Shown: positions 39,601 through 52,202 of the stretch, in pieces
Position numbering within the stretch: the first letter of the stretch is position 1
How the letters are laid out: the number at the start of each line of letters is the position of its first letter
From: Bugula neritina
Lineage: Eukaryota > Animalia > Bryozoa
DNA: 64,000 bases
NCBI GenBank assembly: GCA_964035545.1
Contig: OZ037767.1
Location: 16,672,581-16,736,580 of the forward strand
Reading direction: 5' to 3'
Translations under genes and position numbers: made by a program
The notes under the pieces: generated by a model
Databases searched by the model: none
Seen by the model: only the letters and a program-made list of their open reading frames with translations
Told to the model about the DNA's origin: nothing

Positions 39601-42309
39601 CCTCGCCCCAAGGTCCAATGCCTAATCGGAGTCCGCTGCTCCTTTGATCAAATGACCCAAAGATCCAATTTAAATTAGGAATACCATAGGCGTACTCAAA
39701 CTTATAGGCTAGGGCATATGCATGGTTATTATTGAAAAATAGATTAATAATTATTAGTAATACTACTACTAATAGTAATACTAATACGAATGCACTAATG
39801 GTAATAGTTATAATGTCACGATTAGACATTACATTTGCTCTTACTCTTAGTTAATGTTATACTTATAATAATAATAATCATATTTATAAATATGAATATC
39901 ACTCTCTCTCTGACTCTCACTCTAAGTCTAAGTCTATCAGTATCACTATCAGTATCACTGCCAGTATAGCTATAACTATTACTATAAGTATCACTCAATC
40001 AGTTTCATTATGACTATGATAAAATCATAAAATGATAAATAATTCACTGATAGTCATAGTGATAACAGTTACTGATTAGAGTGATATTAAATTAGTAATC
40101 AGCATAAATGTGGGTATAACTATCACTGTAGTACTCTTAATCATAATCATAATGATTATGATAATCATAATGGTAGTGATATGAGTATCACTATCAGTAT
40201 GGGACCAACTAATACTAATAGTAATACTGTAAAGTGTAATACTAATACTAATAGTGATAGTATCAAATCGAAATTGATCAATAGTAAATATAGTTATACT
40301 TAAACTTAAAGACTTATACTTATAGTAGTAATACTAATAGTAATAGTTATGCTTATAGTATTAGAACCTTATACTATGTCTATAGTCTATGACGGTATGA
40401 CATACCCATAAATGGTGATGTCTAAGTCCTACTTTAAAGTAGCAGTTAAACTTAAAGTTTGATATTCTACTCTGTATAACTGAGACTGAGTATCATACAC
40501 CTTACATGTCATGCTGAGTATCATTATGATTATCACTTTAGGTTTATGAGTATCACTTTCAGTAAGATACTCATACTGTGACTATGAGTTATACTTATAG
40601 TCATACCCCGATACCCATACTTCTACTACTAGTGATCTACTCCTACTCCTAGTTCTACGGGCAAGGCTACTCACTCATATTCATAGTCATAGTAATTGAT
40701 AGTGGTGTAACCTAAACTAATACAATAACCAATGCCAAAAGACAAGGTAAAGCTAAAATTAAAAGTAGAAACCTAAGGGTCATAAATCATATATGTAATG
40801 GTGTTTTAGTTTATGTTTGTTTATGCTCATTTTATGTTTATGCTACCAAGTACCAACTCATCAGTCACTTAGTTTTATAGTGATAATTATACTTATACTT
40901 ATAGCCTACGCCCTATAGCTTATTTAATTTTGACTCTACCTTGCCCTTTGGCATTGATTTAGTTTTGATTAAATTGTTATATTTAATGTTTTTCATGAAC
41001 TTTATGAAGTTTTATTGATAAGTTATCATATAGTAATACTAATAGTAATAGTGATAATTGTATCATAATGATGATATTGATATATAAAATATTATGACCA
41101 TCAATGTATCACTGTGAATGTAATAATTTTTATATAAGTAAATTAATTTACTATTAAATAAAACTTGTGCAAGTTTATAGTTGGCATCCCTGTGAGAAAC
41201 CCCTGATGGGAAAGGTTTTTTTGTTAAATGGGGCTAAGGAATTATTTATTTGGAGCATAGGAGCAATTATGACTGGATGCTTTTCCTAACAAATGGCAGT
41301 AATGAAAAATTGAATATGATTGTTATCTAATCATTATGTGAGGTTAACCTTTATGTTAGGAATCTCAATAGCACGAGCATACAATTCAATCATCGCCATG
41401 TTGGCTGTGATTTTCTTAATCATACTTATTAAGTTTGCAGTTTTTGATATTTGATGGATATAGTATTCATAATAATAGTCACTTAAATTTGATGGTAATA
41501 TTGATCAATAAATTTCAAGTACACTGACTAAATCTAATGACTACTGGTAATGAAACTAACGACACTCAAACTGATTTGCCTCAAGACTGAACTATGTTTT
41601 CTAAGTGATGACAGACTAAGATTAAGTTTAATAATAGGGCAGTAGTACATTTAACTAGAAGTATAAGCTAAAGTATACAACCATAAGTGAGTAACCATGA
41701 TGTTATCTCGACCAACGCAATCTCAATACTAATACCTGATTTATTGAGAATGTTACTATATATTTGAGTATGAGTATGTAACTGTATCAATATGATGAAA
41801 CTTATACAGTTATGCACATAGTGCTAGTGAAAGTATCTCAAACCGTTGCAAAATCCAACTTTATTCAAAACTTTGCTACAAATACTTGAGTTTTAATTTT
41901 AAGGTTGATCATAAAGGGTTAAAATTATTGTGAATAAATTTATTTTAACTGTTCATTTTGCTTCAAAATTATCTTTTAATTCAATGAAGTTTTAATGAAT
42001 ATTAATTTATTTATATTTCAACAAGTCACTGTTTTAATTAATATAGGTATAAGTTTAGGTATCTAATAACTTTAACCATCATTACATTCATCATTTTTAA
42101 TTTTTATGCCAATTGCTAAATTATAATACCCATACTGATATCACCACTATTGAATTATTTTTCTCATTCACCTATGTTTGTAATACGGTTATTGCTTGTT
42201 AGTTAGTAGCATATATAACAACTATAGTAATAGCTATAACTACAAGCATATTTAATATGCTAAGGTATATTGAGAGATTGTCATAAATATCTCAGTGATC
42301 ATATGCATG

Positions 42310-42870
42310 ACACCCTTAGCATTCATGTCTTGAACATCTAGCCATGGATCCCTTTATATTGTTTTCAGTGTTGAATGCCCATCCTGCATGAATGCTTTGC
42401 CTTCATTTGGGAGGTGGTAAATTGATTGGATTTTATGTAAAATTCCTTAAGCTCTTGTTTCAGGACATCCTCAAACCTTAGATATAAGTTCTTCTAGCTG
42501 GATGAGTTCCTTTTGATATTAATGCATGCAATCGAGTGCGGTGGATGAGATACTTTGGCATGTTGACCAGCCCAGTGAAGACAGAAGAAATTCAGTTTTG
42601 ACGATGGAGAATCCGGGTCTGTGATTTCAAATACATCTTCATTTACCATTTTATCTTCCCAGATTTTACTCAACATGCATTTTAAACTCCAGGTATGAAA
42701 AGTGCTGAGCTTTGATTCTTGCAGTCCACATGTTGCCCATTTTTTTCATCCACAAGGAAGAATGCTGAGAACACAAAATGCGTAGACTTTTCTATTGGCG
42801 TGAATATTAGGGTGTTTGTCCATATTTGCTAGTTCACAAAGCGGAATTATTTTGGTATTTGTCATATCCT
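42310..42870 (-). mobile_element. Degenerate RTE-clade LINE 3' region
   Basis: Minus-strand remnants IWEDKMVNEDVF, LHWAG and RFEDVLKQELK, with frameshifts. Confidence 0.6.
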
Positions 42871-44689
42871 GCAGAGCCCATTTAAATGTTTGAGCAGAAA
42901 AAGTAAAAATAAATATTTTGCAGTGTGTTTACTGTTTTGATGATGGTTTTAGGGAAACATCTAGATTTACCATTCATGTACTTGTGACAGGCCTGTGTTT
43001 CAGCGATTATAGGAGAGTATAATTTTTCTTTAATAGAAATTGAGTCATGCAAGGGAAGCTGGTTTCCTTACTTTATTAAGCAAAATTTGCTATCACAACA
43101 ACAGAAGTGTTGCTAGCCTTGATTTGGAAACATTTTATATTTATAACTCTGAAGCTTATTTTGAGACATTTGGCTGCTTGTTGGATAGATTGCATAGCAT
43201 CTTTACTTGCACTAATACTTAGAAGCATTTACTTGGTTTTCCTATAGTTTTATTTTGAATGTTTTTATGATATATTGCAGAACTGTGGGTTCATTCTACT
43301 TGTAAGTATATTCCATAGGTCTAACTCAAACCCTGTGAATTTTCAAGTTACTATGGCAAGCTATGATGAAAGAAATGCTAAACTGGACAGGTAATAGAAA
43401 AGAAAGTCCGATAATTTTTTTAATTGCAATTTAAATTACTTAGCTTGCATTACTCAGCAGTATGGTAGCAGTGGTAGAACCAGCAGCAGTAGTAGATCAT
43501 AGTATAGTAGTATTGATAAAATGATTGATAGATTAGAACTGTAATTTTGAATATTAAAAATATGACAATGCCACTGTGCGCCATAAATTTCTTGTTGGCC
43601 ATTAAAATCAGCCATTAAATCAGTTTTCTTTTGGCTAGAACAAGCACTGCTGCCTGGACATAGTAATATATTATATGTATGGACTGTATGTTAATTATAT
43701 GTAGAGGAATTATTTTTGCTAGCTTTATTAAAAAACCCTGCTTGTTTCTCATATTATTGTATTGTCAGTTTCAGCAATTTCAGGCCAGATAAATTTAAAT
43801 TATACCTTGCAAATTTTAGGCCTGTTCCAGTCTACCTGTCAACACATTTGTTTGATCTAATCTAATTATGATGGCCTTCCAAGCAATGTAGTTAGCAAAA
43901 GTGAGAGAACTAATATTGCTTTTTCAGCCTATATTATGTTTAAAACCAGTAAAATAATAGAAATCATGAAACTAGTAATAGGCAATCCTATAATGCTGTT
44001 TAATAAACTTATTTGCGCTGTTACTTTAGTGATTTCGACGCTGTTTTATAAATTATTAGCAATCTTTCAAAGATGAATAAATATACATTTTCTTTTAGTA
44101 TGTCACCAATTGGAATATTTTGACCTGTATACCTATCTAGTGGAGGTGTTAATTTGTAAACATATTGGTTTTGCCAAGATTATTGATTAAAGCAGTTGCT
44201 GAAAGCCAAAATAAAATGCTAACCAAAGTTCATATCTAGTGGGCTACAATTTGCCAACTTCTATAAAGCATATAATAGCTAGTAATTGTTTCTATGCTGT
44301 ACCACTTGACGGTCTGTTCTCTTTTACCTTACTCTATATTATGCTGTATAAATTCTAGCACACTTATCTGGTTTTTAATCATTTCTTGCACCATATGCCA
44401 ATAATTTTTACGTAGATGCATACAATCGGACAGCTGGATGGCCTGGCCATTGTGGAGAAGCATCATAACCACCTGCTTGGTGTTGGAGCTGAGTGCATAT
44501 CAAGGTGGGTAGCACAACTTCTTAGTTCATAAGTAGCAGCCTAGTTTTTTAAAAGGTTTGACTATATTAAAATATAAACATTTTGTTATTGCACTAATAC
44601 AATGATAAAATGAGCAAACAGTTTCCAATATAACTTGCTGCTGGTAAGATTTACAGTACTTGTAGTAGAAACAATATTAGTAGTGGTGG

Positions 44690-45186
44690 TGGCGGCAGTA
44701 GTGGTAAAAGTAGTAGTAGCAGCAGTACTGGTAGTAGTAGCAGTAGTAGTACTAGTTAGTAGTAGTAGTAGTAGTAGTAGAAGTAGTAGCAGCAGCAGCA
44801 GTAGCAGTAGTAGCAGCAGTAGTAGTAGCAGTAGTAGAAGTAGTAGTAGCAGTAGTAGTAGTAGCAGTAGTAGTAGCAGTAGTAGAAGTAGTAGCAGCAG
44901 CAGTAGCAGTAGTAGTAGCAGTAGTAGAAGTAGTAGCAGCAGCAGCAGCAGCAGCAGTAGCAGTAGTAGCAGCAGTAGTAGTAGTAGTAGCAGTAGTAGA
45001 AGTAGTAGTAGCAGTAGTAGTAGTAGCAGTAGTAGTAGCAGTAGTAGAAGTAGTAGCAGCAGCAGTAGCAGTAGTAGTAGCAGTAGTAGAAGTAGTAGCA
45101 GCAGCAGTAGCAGCAGTAGTAGTAGTAGTAGTAGTAGTAGCAGTAGTAGTAGTAGTAGTAGTAGCAGTAGTAGTAGTAGCAGTAGC

Positions 45187-45223
<37 letters not shown>

Positions 45224-45290
45224 TAGTAGCAGTAGTATAGTAGTAGAAGTAATAATAATAAAATAATAACATTATTAGTAGTAGTGGTGA
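44690..45290. repeat. Compound (AGT/AGC)n trinucleotide microsatellite
   Basis: About 600 bp of agt/agc repeats with periodic aga interruptions. Confidence 0.95.
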
Positions 45291-46890
45291 AGTTGCTTTT
45301 GATTCTGACGTTAGTACTGTTAGTGGTAGAGATGGTGTTGGTAGAAATAGGATTAGTGGTTGTGCACTCATAGTTAAAGGCATAAAGCATAAACCAGAAT
45401 TGAATACATATATAACATAGATATGATATGACTCCTTATTTATATTGATTTACTATCTTGCATGAACATGGCATTTTCGCTATCAACATTAGTGTTTGTA
45501 TTATACACTTTCACTAAACAAGCTTGTTAAATTTATAAAAAATTATGTAGGTGATGACTTTTGCATATCTGTGTTTAATTTTAAAAATATCATGTTGCAT
45601 AATTATTTTTTAGGTGTCTGGTGAGCGGACGACTTCATTTTCGGCTGCTTCATGGCACTTTTATTTTCGGAAAAGATGTAACCACTTGTAAAATCAGTTT
45701 TTTTATGGTGAACTAAACAATATAATGTTTAACAAAATTCTTTTTTGGTTAAAAATAAAGGTATACTGTCTTTGGCTTTCTGTTATTTCTATATTGTGTT
45801 CTTCTGTTGCTATGTGTAATTGATGAGATGACTCCAAACTCTTGCACATCCGCCACAATAAAGTAGATAATTTTGCTATGTGCATCAAGATTTTGTTATA
45901 AGTAGATATAGTTTTGCAATGATAGTGTTGATGCTGCAGCAGGTAACATTCTAGTAGGATAAACCAAACAGAATTTAAGCTAAAACATTCTAAAAAAATA
46001 CAGGATTGCTTGAGCCACCTTACCTTTGCTTTTTTCTAGGCAAAAGTTGTTAGCTAAATAATAAAAAGACAAATTAATGATTTCTGTGAGAGTTGTCTAC
46101 TACAAAAATTACGTAGCAGATCATCATTAGTAACCATAACAACACGTACATGTTTACAGCACTCATGTGCTCTCTTTGTTCTGATTCGTCAACAGTAGCG
46201 CCCTAGACAGTCGATGTTATCGCACGAAAATATATTGTTTATTGCGGCTAATATCGCGAAATGGCAAAATGAGGATCGACCCTGACAGTCGTAAAAGCCG
46301 TGTGATGCACTGTATTTTCTCTGATGAGTTCCTTTTTAAACAATATAATAGCAAATCACTTGGGAGTGTTTTTCAAATTATGCGAAAATACTGAGCTGTG
46401 ATTCGCTAACAACTGTGCAATGGTTTAGCTTGATTTTTTAGAGTTCTGAGTTTTAGTGACCTATAGGGTTACATATTGATACATTTTCCACTCCGTTGCA
46501 ACTAAATATAGTCTATATTGCATGGTCTGTAGACGCAACTGAGTGTTTTAATGAGCATACCATATGTTTATATTTCATATCAGAAAACTTCCTTGTTATT
46601 GAATTAGAAAAAATTGTTATTTTTCTGCAAGCTATAGAAATTGTTTATAATCTTCTTATTGACTTCACCACATGTTTAGTGCTGAGTAATTGCTGATGGT
46701 TGTTTGGTGTCAGCATTGAGACTGTTTCAGTGACTTTATGCAATAAATATACTTACTACTGTAAAACATGTCTATGTCTATTGTAATCAAAGCTCTATAT
46801 AGTTATATAAATTCTATATTATATATTCTATATTATATTATATTCTATATTATATTATATTATATTCTATATTAACACTATTGTGTAGAG

Positions 46891-48581
46891 CAGGGGTGTC
46901 CAACCTTTTCAGACCAAGGGCCAGTCTGCAAGTTTCAACTTGAGCTGGGGGCCACAACATTTTTTTTTGTTTTTAAAATAAATTTTCAAGATTCATTAAA
47001 CATCTGCAGGCCATATGTATTGTAATTATAAGCAAGGGCTAGGCTTTGCATGTTTATTAAAATCATAACATATTTGAATAGATATATATTATTTATGTGT
47101 GTATGTGTGTATATATGCATTTAATTAAAATAGGTAAACAAGAAACATTTCATTTTTATTACTTTCATAATCAATAATTATATATGCATTTATGTTTGTG
47201 CAAAAAAATTATACATATATATTCATACAAAGTATATATTCATGATTGTACATGCAAATTTAAACAAGATGTGCCAGTGCTAAGAGTCTGGACTCATATC
47301 AGTATAGTTATATTTTACAACCATCAGTGAAACACTTGTAAGTACACAGTGAGTACTGTTTGCCTTGAACAATTCTGTTAATATCTGGTTTCGTATCAAA
47401 ACATATAACCCTTAGTTGCTGGACTAAGTGCTGACTAGTGAGTGAAGTGTAGTATTTATTTTGTGTATTTCATTTGACTGAAAATTGAAAGTTCAAAGTT
47501 CAAACCTTCAAGCCATCTCAGTGCAGTGCAGCATCTAACAAGCAGTCAAAGGTCAAAGGTCAAGGCAATCACAAATCCCAAATAATTTCAGTACATACTC
47601 GCACAAAATTCATTATAAAAACAAAATTTTTTAGACATCTAACCTTAAAACAGTATGTAAAGGAAAACTAACATATACATAATAATATTTTAGTACTGCA
47701 TAAGTGAAGTGTGCCAGAGATTCTTCAACTACTTATCTTTCACAATACAGTCAATAAAAGTGAGATCTCAGTTATACTTTCAAAAAAGTCTTGTCTCTAT
47801 ATGGCCTGTCCTGATTAAATGTCTTTGAAATACCTGTCTGCACAGGATAGCTAAGGGCAACTTTTTAGCTGCAACTGCCTTGCTGAGGTTTGCATTGTAA
47901 CTGTGTAAAAATTCAGTACCAGTAAAAACAATCTTATTTAATTGAAGGCTACTAGAATCAAAATTTAAAAACTATGGTGTGAATCTTATTTTTTCTCAGT
48001 GCAGCTTTTTTGGAATTTTTTCATTCTTTTGCAAAGTTATAGAAAAAAACTGCACATTTTTGGCTAATTTTGCCTCAAAAGTTGATTTCTGTAGTACCAG
48101 TAAAATATCTTAGCAGGAAAACATGATATCTGAATAAAAAAGCAATGACTTTTAGATTTTATATAAATTGTGGATTTATACGCGGGAAATGGTATATTTC
48201 TTTTTTAGTAGTAAGCACTGTGCATCACTTCACACTTCAGTGAACGCGTAGAGATGAGCATAATATTATAATATAGGCGTCTACATTACTATAAGTCACA
48301 GGCTTGCTATAGCTAACAGACTATAATGACTATATAGCTTGCTGTTATTAGTTGTAGTTTGATCTCAGGCTAAACAATGACAAGTAGGCAACACACATGC
48401 CACCCACAGAGCAATATTGTAGAAGAACTTAAACTACATTTTAATAGAAATTCTTAGTGGGATGCTTTCAACTATCCTATGTGCTGCTGTTTCAGGCTAG
48501 TTAGCAAATTTGATGTACAAAAATTTGTAACTTGCTATACCTTTGGGGGGCCACACAAATATAGCTGGAGGGCCAAATCCA
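46891..48581 (-). mobile_element. One-ended hAT (Charlie/Buster-like) non-autonomous element, copy 1
   Basis: TIR CAGGGGTGTCCAACC follows gtgtagag (empty site at about 25005 and 51504). Minus-strand transposase C-terminal remnant SLTSQHLVQQLRV...KPDINRIVQGKQ at about 47355-47450. GGGCC subterminal motifs at both ends; distal TIR missing. Confidence 0.75.
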
Positions 48582-49230
48582 GTAAACTTAGCCATGTTAT
48601 CTATATATATGGGCAGATCTGTAATTCCCATACTCAAAGATTATCAATATATTATTTTCTCTGGTGAGTTCCTTTTTAAACAATTAAATAGCAAATCACT
48701 TGGGAGTGTTTTTCAAATTATGCGAAAATACTGAGCTGTGATTCGCTAACAACTGTGCAATGGTTTAGCTTGATTTTTTAGTATTTTGAGTTTTAATGAC
48801 CTATAGGGTTATATATTGATACATTTTCCATTCCGTTGCCACTAAATTTAGTCTATATTACATGGTCTGTAGACGCAACTGAGTGTTTTAATGAGCATAC
48901 CATATGTTTATATTTCATATCAGAAAACTTCTTGTTATTGAATTAGAAAAAAATTGTTATTTTTCTGCAAGCTATAGAAATTGGTTATAATCTTCTTATT
49001 GACTTCACCACATGTTTAGTGCTGAGTAATTGCTGATGGTTGTTTGGTGTCAGCATTGAGACTGTTTCAGTGACTTTATGCAATAAATATACTTACTACT
49101 GTAAAACATGTCTATGTCTATTGTAATCAAAGCTCTATATAGTTATATAAATTCTATATTATATATTCTATATTATATTATATTCTATATTATATTATAT
49201 TATATTCTATATTAACACTATTGTGTAGAG

Positions 49231-50921
49231 CAGGGGTGTCCAACCTTTTCAGACCAAGGGCCAGTCTGCAAGTTTCAACTTGAGCTGGGGGCCACAACAT
49301 TTTTTTTTGTTTTTAAAATAAATTTTCAAGATTCATTAAACATCTGCAGGCCATATGTATTGTAATTATAAGCAAGGGCTAGGCTTTGCATGTTTATTAA
49401 AATCATAACATATTTGAATAGATATATATTATTTATGTGTGTATGTGTGTATATATGCATTTAATTAAAATAGGTAAACAAGAAACATTTCATTTTTATT
49501 ACTTTCATAATCAATAATTATATATGCATTTATGTTTGTGCAAAAAAATTATACATATATATTCATACAAAGTATATATTCATGATTGTACATGCAAATT
49601 TAAACAAGATGTGCCAGTGCTAAGAGTCTGGACTCATATCAGTATAGTTATATTTTACAACCATCAGTGAAACACTTGTAAGTACACAGTGAGTACTGTT
49701 TGCCTTGAACAATTCTGTTAATATCTGGTTTCGTATCAAAACATATAACCCTTAGTTGCTGGACTAAGTGCTGACTAGTGAGTGAAGTGTAGTATTTATT
49801 TTGTGTATTTCATTTGACTGAAAATTGAAAGTTCAAAGTTCAAACCTTCAAGCCATCTCAGTGCAGTGCAGCATCTAACAAGCAGTCAAAGGTCAAAGGT
49901 CAAGGCAATCACAAATCCCAAATAATTTCAGTACATACTCGCACAAAATTCATTATAAAAACAAAATTTTTTAGACATCTAACCTTAAAACAGTATGTAA
50001 AGGAAAACTAACATATACATAATAATATTTTAGTACTGCATAAGTGAAGTGTGCCAGAGATTCTTCAACTACTTATCTTTCACAATACAGTCAATAAAAG
50101 TGAGATCTCAGTTATACTTTCAAAAAAGTCTTGTCTCTATATGGCCTGTCCTGATTAAATGTCTTTGAAATACCTGTCTGCACAGGATAGCTAAGGGCAA
50201 CTTTTTAGCTGCAACTGCCTTGCTGAGGTTTGCATTGTAACTGTGTAAAAATTCAGTACCAGTAAAAACAATCTTATTTAATTGAAGGCTACTAGAATCA
50301 AAATTTAAAAACTATGGTGTGAATCTTATTTTTTCTCAGTGCAGCTTTTTTGGAATTTTTTCATTCTTTTGCAAAGTTATAGAAAAAAACTGCACATTTT
50401 TGGCTAATTTTGCCTCAAAAGTTGATTTCTGTAGTACCAGTAAAATATCTTAGCAGGAAAACATGATATCTGAATAAAAAAGCAATGACTTTTAGATTTT
50501 ATATAAATTGTGGATTTATACGCGGGAAATGGTATATTTCTTTTTTAGTAGTAAGCACTGTGCATCACTTCACACTTCAGTGAACGCGTAGAGATGAGCA
50601 TAATATTATAATATAGGCGTCTACATTACTATAAGTCACAGGCTTGCTATAGCTAACAGACTATAATGACTATATAGCTTGCTGTTATTAGTTGTAGTTT
50701 GATCTCAGGCTAAACAATGACAAGTAGGCAACACACATGCCACCCACAGAGCAATATTGTAGAAGAACTTAAACTACATTTTAATAGAAATTCTTAGTGG
50801 GATGCTTTCAACTATCCTATGTGCTGCTGTTTCAGGCTAGTTAGCAAATTTGATGTACAAAAATTTGTAACTTGCTATACCTTTGGGGGGCCACACAAAT
50901 ATAGCTGGAGGGCCAAATCCA
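49231..50921 (-). mobile_element. One-ended hAT element, copy 2 (duplicate)
   Basis: Appears identical to 46891-48581. Confidence 0.75.
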
Positions 50922-51593
50922 GTAAACTTAGCCATGTTATCTATATATATGGGCAGATCTGTAATTCCCATACTCAAAGATTATCAATATATTATTTTCT
51001 CTGGTGAGTTCCTTTTTAAACAATTAAATAGCAAATCACTTGGGAGTGTTTTTCAAATTATGCGAAAATACTGAGCTGTGATTCGCTAACAACTGTGCAA
51101 TGGTTTAGCTTGATTTTTTAGTATTTTGAGTTTTAATGACCTATAGGGTTATATATTGATACATTTTCCATTCCGTTGCCACTAAATTTAGTCTATATTA
51201 CATGGTCTGTAGACGCAACTGAGTGTTTTAATGAGCATACCATATGTTTATATTTCATATCAGAAAACTTCTTGTTATTGAATTAGAAAAAAATTGTTAT
51301 TTTTCTGCAAGCTATAGAAATTGGTTATAATCTTCTTATTGACTTCACCACATGTTTAGTGCTGAGTAATTGCTGATGGTTGTTTGGTGTCAGCATTGAG
51401 ACTGTTTCAGTGACTTTATGCAATAAATATACTTACTACTGTAAAACATGTCTATGTCTATTGTAATCAAAGCTCTAGTTACATATATTATATATTAACA
51501 TTATTGTGTAGAGGAATTCAATATGTGCTGAATATAATTGAGAATGAGTCATATAAACATCAGTTCATGCATAATAATATTGAAAAATAATTT

Positions 51594-51670
51594 TCCCTCA
51601 CCCAGGATTCAAACCACAGATCTCCAGGTTGCAAGTAGGTGGGCTAACCAATTACACCACAGAGGCTGCT
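51594..51670 (-). repeat. tRNA-derived SINE head (truncated paralogous copy at about 25098-25145)
   Basis: Reverse complement GCCTCTGTGGTGTAATTGGTTAGC...TTGCAACCTGGAGATCTGTGGTTTGAATCC; the 25.1-kb copy has GGTTCGAATCC. Confidence 0.6.
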
Positions 51671-52124
51671 GGGTTAACTCAATGCTATACAAATATAAAT
51701 AATATAATATGCTATAGATTAGTCATGCAACTTTAATGCAGCTGAAAATATTTATTGATTGCTTTGCCTTATAAAATTCAACTTATAAACATTGGCAGTT
51801 ATATTATAATATAATATAATATATATAATATAATATATAATAACAATATTATTGTTATTCAGCTATTATAGCTGTGTATAAATCAGTTTTTGCACATAAT
51901 ATACTTATGTGATACAAATAGAAAACTTGCAGCAAAATTCATCTTTCTTTATAAAACTTGAATGGCTCATGGCTTTCGGTGCCACTTTTCATATATTGCT
52001 ATAGAGTTGAAAGCTAATTTATTATTGGCAGCTAAAGTAGCCAATCAGCTCTACCAGTTGTCTTCTTTGTGTCCAAATCTTTGAACCTTTGCCCAAAGAA
52101 TGAGTATAAAAAGATGGTCCAGTC

Positions 52125-52202
52125 TATAAAACAGACGACTCAGTTACATTTAATAATTTTTCTCTCATTTTGATCAGAGTGTACAACTTGAACATGGTAA
52201 GT
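52125..52202 (+). promoter_or_regulatory. TATA promoter and ATG-only first exon of copy 6
   Basis: TATAAAA at 52125 and ATG|gtaagt at 52194. Confidence 0.7.

Larger units (their letters stand above)
28868..46312. mobile_element. 17.4-kb insertion with 8-bp TSD and CAG...CTG termini (non-autonomous hAT-like giant or composite element)
   Basis: TATTTTCT at 28860-28867 and 46313-46320. Ends are CAGTATATC and GATGCACTG (reverse complement CAGTGCATC). The uninterrupted site tattttct-ctg(a/g)tgag is present at about 24473, 48653 and 50993. Confidence 0.75.
46313..51511. repeat. Tandem duplication with 2340-bp period (about 2.2 units)
   Basis: Lines at 46891 and 49231 and ORFs at 48479 and 50819 are identical at offset 2340. 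Confidence 0.95.

Noticed and set aside
44586-45390. Poly-Leu, poly-Ser and poly-Thr ORFs of 200-265 aa
   Set aside because: They are translations of an (AGT/AGC)n microsatellite that lacks stops in those frames; there is no splice or domain support.
48479-51074. Duplicated short ORFs (62-63 aa)
   Set aside because: They span the hAT/spacer junction of a non-coding tandem duplication.
51594-51670. Functional tRNA gene
   Set aside because: Acceptor and T stems do not pair properly and the B box is mutated; better explained as a SINE head. tRNAscan-SE would decide.
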